From contig OZ004612.1 in assembly GCA_963924565.1 (NCBI GenBank), positions 28,706,001 through 28,770,000 on the forward strand: 64,000 bases of DNA. The letters run 5' to 3'. This stretch comes from Ascidiella aspersa. Taxonomy: Eukaryota. Below the pieces are notes generated by a model. The model saw only the letters and a program-made list of their open reading frames with translations. It did not search any database and was not told where the DNA came from. Position numbers and translations under genes: made by a program. Below, in pieces: positions 59,656-64,000 of this stretch. Positions within the stretch are counted from its first letter, which is position 1; every line of letters begins with the position of its first letter.

Positions 59656-61694
59656 ATGAGTTTGCTCAACCTGAAAACCGTTTTGTTGAATCTTGTGTTG
59701 CTGGACACAGCTTATCACCAGGCATGTGCCGCTGCCAGCCGCAAAACTCTTTCCAGTAGATTTGGACTGATTACATACAGTACATATAGGAATGGTTGGA
59801 AGACGTGCGATTGGATATTTAATTACAACGACAGCAGTAACGATGTTGTATTGGGAATAAAGTTTCAGAAGAGCTCAAGGCTTTACAACACCCAATCAGT
59901 TACACTCCCAGACGGTAAGGATGATGCTTATTGGTATATACCGCTACAGTATGGCTTTTAATTTTCATGCATTTTTTTCGTTTCAAATATAAACCGTAAA
60001 GCATACTCGTTCGAGCCGTTGAAACATCAACCGTTTATTAGAAAAAATGATTATATATACCAAATTAAAGTGAATTTATTTGTATTTATCACAGGTACGA
60101 TTCTAACTCGTAACACCCTCAGTTCAAGATTTCCTTGGTGTGAAGCGTACGTGAAAAAATCGGGTTCATGCCTTAAGAACGTAACCTACCCAAGCATTTG
60201 CGACAAAGCAGCGGTTTCCATAGAAACTTGGCCGCCAAAGATTACTACTAAAATGTACTACTACTCAACTAGGCGGCACCACTACTCAATGGAAGTAGCA
60301 TACAGCTTTTTTGACTGCTCGAAAAGCACCACTGCAACAACCACAACAACAAGAAAACTAACAACGTCTACCACCTTGAAGTCAACACCTACAGAGAATG
60401 TCAAGAAACCAACAGGTTGGAAAAATACGTAACGGCGTTATTTAAAAGAATGTTGCAGACAGGGATGTCCGATAGTATCGGATCGGACACGATGTCCATG
60501 CACATAGTGATATCGGTACCCGTCCGATATTAGTGTGGTATCGGTGCCGATCCGATACCAAATTACCATAGAAATTTAAACCATGATTTGCGAGGTAACG
60601 AAGTTATTTCTACATTTAGAGGTAAATTTATAAAAAAATGGTATGCAAACGACTAAACTTCTTAACGCTTAACCACATTTTCACCCAATAACCTAAAAAA
60701 ATCGATTGAATGTTTTAATTTTATTTATTAGAAAACAACTCCAAAAATGCACAAGAATCAATTGGGCGAAGTATGTCAGTGGCGACTGGTGTTCTTGCTA
60801 CACTACTGCTCATCGCTGTTGGTGCTTCTGTAGTGGTGGCCGTCAAGTACAGGTACAAACCGTATTCCCGACCAGGCAATCCTGAACGGACCTGGTTCAT
60901 TGACTCTAAATCTGTCGTAATTCAGATAGTAATTAATAAAAATTGGGTTAGATCGATTTTGGGGGGCTACGGACGTGGCGCACTTGGTGTAAAGTATTGC
61001 GGAGACCAAACACGATTGGGTGACCGATAATTATGATTTTGTAATATTTACGAATAACTTTTTAATGAATAGTGTAACAACTCTTAACTCCACAACTTAC
61101 GATTGTTTTGCTGTGTTGTTTTTTGGTACGGAATTAAGGGGGTTCGTCAGATTCAGATTCAGATTCAATTTATTTTTGTGCATGTTTGCAAACATCGAAA
61201 AAAACAAAATAACATAAATAATAACACAAGGACAGCGAAAGGACCATTCGGTCATCGAGTCGAGCTGCCCCTCAAAAATAAATAAATTTAGTGGCAATAT
61301 TGAAAGTTACAATCATTGGAAACAAAAAGTGCGTAGATAAAAAGTATGTAGATTTTAACGGTTTTATATAAATTTTTGAAATAAGAAATGGATACGAAAA
61401 AGCAATGTAAAACTAGCAAAAAACGATAAGGTCAGAAGGTACTATACAACGGTTACGTACTGCAGGATTTATTATCGTCAAGAGATGGAAACTAAAATTA
61501 AAACTATACAATTAATTATATTCTTCAGAAAATTGAAGCTAAGAAATCCCGCAAACAACCAACCAGCAGCCAACGGAAACGGCCGTTCAGTCGACTACAA
61601 TGTGTACACAATGGCCACAGCTCCTTCGCAATCGAATAATCCAGCAGCAAATGGGCAACGAGAAATGGTAGACAACGAACTGTACACAATGTAG
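59656..61694 (+). CDS. Receptor R5: same family; tail with VYTM and a single DNELYTM* (288 aa)
   Basis: Exons 59656-59914, 60095-60415, 60732-60852, 61529-61694 total 867 nt in frame. Signal MSLLNLKTVLLNLVLLDTAYHQACAA; TM VATGVLATLLLIAVGASVVVAV followed by KYR. Confidence 0.9.
61147..61400 (-). mobile_element. 3' end of a CR1/L2-type LINE or its SINE partner
   Basis: The minus strand reads a stem-loop GGGGCAGC...GCTGTCCT, then AATAAA and a (TGAATC)n microsatellite tail. The upstream boundary is approximate. Confidence 0.55.
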
Positions 61695-62959
61695 ATCGAC
61701 TGACTTAAACACAGAGATGATAACAGGAAATGTGTTAAATTTTAACAACTTTCGGCGCATTTTTGTAAATCACTTGGTTATCTTCAGTTTGTATATAGTG
61801 TAATTGGTATGATTAAGTCGTTCAATTGTTGTCCTTTTCCTGCCTTTTTTGTACAAAATACAGTATTTTGCTTTTTGACAGTTTATAAAAAGCGAGTACC
61901 CGAAACAATACTTTTCAACATTAAACATTTTACACATATCAGCCGCGGGTCAAGGGTTTTTGTTTGGGGTTATTGTTTTGTAAAGTTACGCCCTAACGTG
62001 CCGCCACAAAGTTACGTCTAATTTGTTTATTTCGTTAGTTTCGGGTTTGGAGAAGCTTTACTTTCGAAACTAAAGCTACATTACAAGAATGTTATGGATT
62101 CTCGCAAATGTAAACAAAAGGTTTTTGTTATACCTTTATATTTACATAGTTAAAATAGGCAAAAATACAGTCTTTTGGGGTATGGCTAATGAACACGTGA
62201 CCCCTTGAATTCGTCTCCAACAGTCGGTTGGCGCAAAACGTCGGTTTTATGCACCGTTTTGGTGTGTTCATTTTTATGCCATTCTTTCAATTTCGCTTTC
62301 ATTTTACTAATATTATGTCAAACTATTAAACAAATCAGCATCAAAACATTGACTCAGTGCATTTCCAAATTACCTAAAAGGTGTTTGTCAGCAAAAACCA
62401 GGACTGCAAGAGTGCATAGTTATAAAGTTAATCAAGGTATTTTTATAAGGGCCTCCTAAATCTAGACGAATAGCGTACCAAGGTTGTTGATACAAAACAT
62501 GCTTTTTTTAGAAATGCCGGAAAACAAAATAATTTAAAATACCATTTTAATATGGAACATATGTATGCATTTCTATTAAATGTAAATGAAATTTGAACGA
62601 AATGGTAATTGTAAAGCACTTTAAAGAACAACGCAAAGAAAACCTTGTAGTGAACAGTGTACTGCAATTTCAGCCAAGCGTACAACTTAATTGCATTGCA
62701 AGTATACGGAACAGTAATTGCGGCTATACAATACAAGGAAGTAAGAGGATAAGATATGCTGCGATGAATTAGTCAACGGCCTTTGTGAAGGCTGAAATGT
62801 GCCGATGACTACATGGGATGACAAATATTGTGATTTAGCAATTATTAGCGACAGGCTGTGTTGCTTTGCCGTGGCGTTCACCCTTTATGCCAGTTATTCT
62901 CAAACTGTGAAAGATTCCTAAGTGATTTGCGAAACTTTTGGTAATTGAAAAAGCATAAC

Positions 62960-63166
62960 CTATCCCGACACCGTCTCTGGCCATACACAGACCGTTGTTC
63001 TACCAATTGAGCTACAGGCTCAAAGGGGAGCAATTCGAGAAGCAACCATAGCACCATACTGCATACTGTTCGTAAAACTAGTCTGTGGAGAGGTTCGAAC
63101 TCACGACCCTGGCGACACGGAGACCGTCGCTCTACAAATTGAGCTGCACAGGCTTTGAGGGGAGCC
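62960..63166 (-). mobile_element. Two adjacent partial tRNA-derived repeats
   Basis: GAGGTTCGAACTCACGACC and two ACCGT...TTGAGCT(A/G)CA(CA)GGCT segments. Confidence 0.6.
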
Positions 63167-63579
63167 TATTAATTTTGCGTTAATTCTTTTTTAAAGTTTA
63201 GTTTAAAATTAACAACATTTCAACTGTACTTTATCTTAATTGAGGAAATATTCTGTGGGCCCGTAAAATTAACTCTGCGGCCGGATTTGACCCTCTGGCT
63301 GTAGTTTGGTGACCTCTGCTTTATGCCAACGCCCACCCACATTGTACTACGCCACTGTACTATCCGGTTTTCGTCAAACCGCTTTTTGTTAGATGTGTAA
63401 TTAAAGACAACATACTGTTGCTAGGATAAACAACTGTTGGTAAAGCTTCATAACACAGTTAACGAGCGAAACATGGGTTTGGTTTTGATTGTGTTTAAAA
63501 GACTTAGAAACAATGCCGAAGTCACACTGTAAACTGTCTATCACTAGATATAATTATTATAAAAGTTTAAATTAATATT

Positions 63580-63930
63580 TCCTGGTGCGATGCATTAGAA
63601 ACTGTAGCGCACGTGTTTTATTTTTGTACCAAAGTAGTAACTTTCTGGGAAGAAGTAACTGCCTGGATCTCGGCGAAACTTCTGATTGATTTACGCCCTA
63701 ACCCTGTTCATATGTTGTTTGGTATTGTGGCAGATCAATCTGAAACCATTTTGAATTGTTTGTTGTTGTGTGCGCGTTTCATAATTTACTGCTGTAAGTA
63801 CGCCGAATCCGTGCCAAATTTCAATATGTTCCTAAATATGGTTAAATCTGTTCAGAAATCGGAACATCTTATCGCCATTCGGAATTATAAAATTAACGAC
63901 TTTCTTTGCAAGTGACAAGGGCTATTTTAA
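63580..63930 (+). mobile_element. 5'-truncated L1/Tx1-type LINE ORF2 C-terminal fragment
   Basis: Frame WCDALETVAHVFYFCTKVVTFWEEV...LFG...LNCLLLCARFIIYCCK matches the zinc-knuckle (C...ETxxHxxxxC) and tail typical of ORF2 ends. The terminal K is followed by TGA where KW is usual. Confidence 0.8.
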
Positions 63931-64000
63931 CGCTCACTTCATGTTACTCCGAATCCCCAACTGTATTTTAATGCCTTCCTGCTAATTCGTCGCTTTCTGA

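Overview
Eukaryotic, AT-rich DNA with short GT-AG introns and many MITEs. An invertebrate chordate such as an ascidian is plausible but is only an inference. All genes I could reconstruct lie on the + strand. (1) 1-25.6 kb: three tandem, mosaic paralogs of an SLC6 Na+/Cl- dependent transporter of the GABA/taurine/creatine type. Copy A is 5'-truncated by the window, copy B is complete (574 aa), and copy C has lost most of exon 10. (2) 27.7-29.8 kb: a three-exon, 75-aa single-pass membrane microprotein missed by the ORF track. (3) 31-61.7 kb, the main result: five tandem, highly diverged type I membrane receptor genes (R1-R5). They share a signal peptide, a Cys-patterned CUB-like ectodomain split at a conserved PDG phase-1 intron (motifs CxW, WCxxxVK, [IM]C, WPPxI, YxFxxC), a Thr-rich mucin stalk and one TM helix. 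Their tails carry no enzyme domain and consist of tyrosine motifs: 1-3 NxLY/TVYNELY units in R2-R5, and a multi-SH2-docking tail in R1. The cluster looks like a rapidly diversifying immune or recognition receptor family that I do not recognise as described. Interspersed repeats include hAT-type MITEs with 8-bp TSDs, a foldback element, a tRNA-containing repeat that appears to carry TIRs, and LINE fragments. Gene models were assembled by hand from splice sites, frame continuity and paralog comparison, without transcript data.
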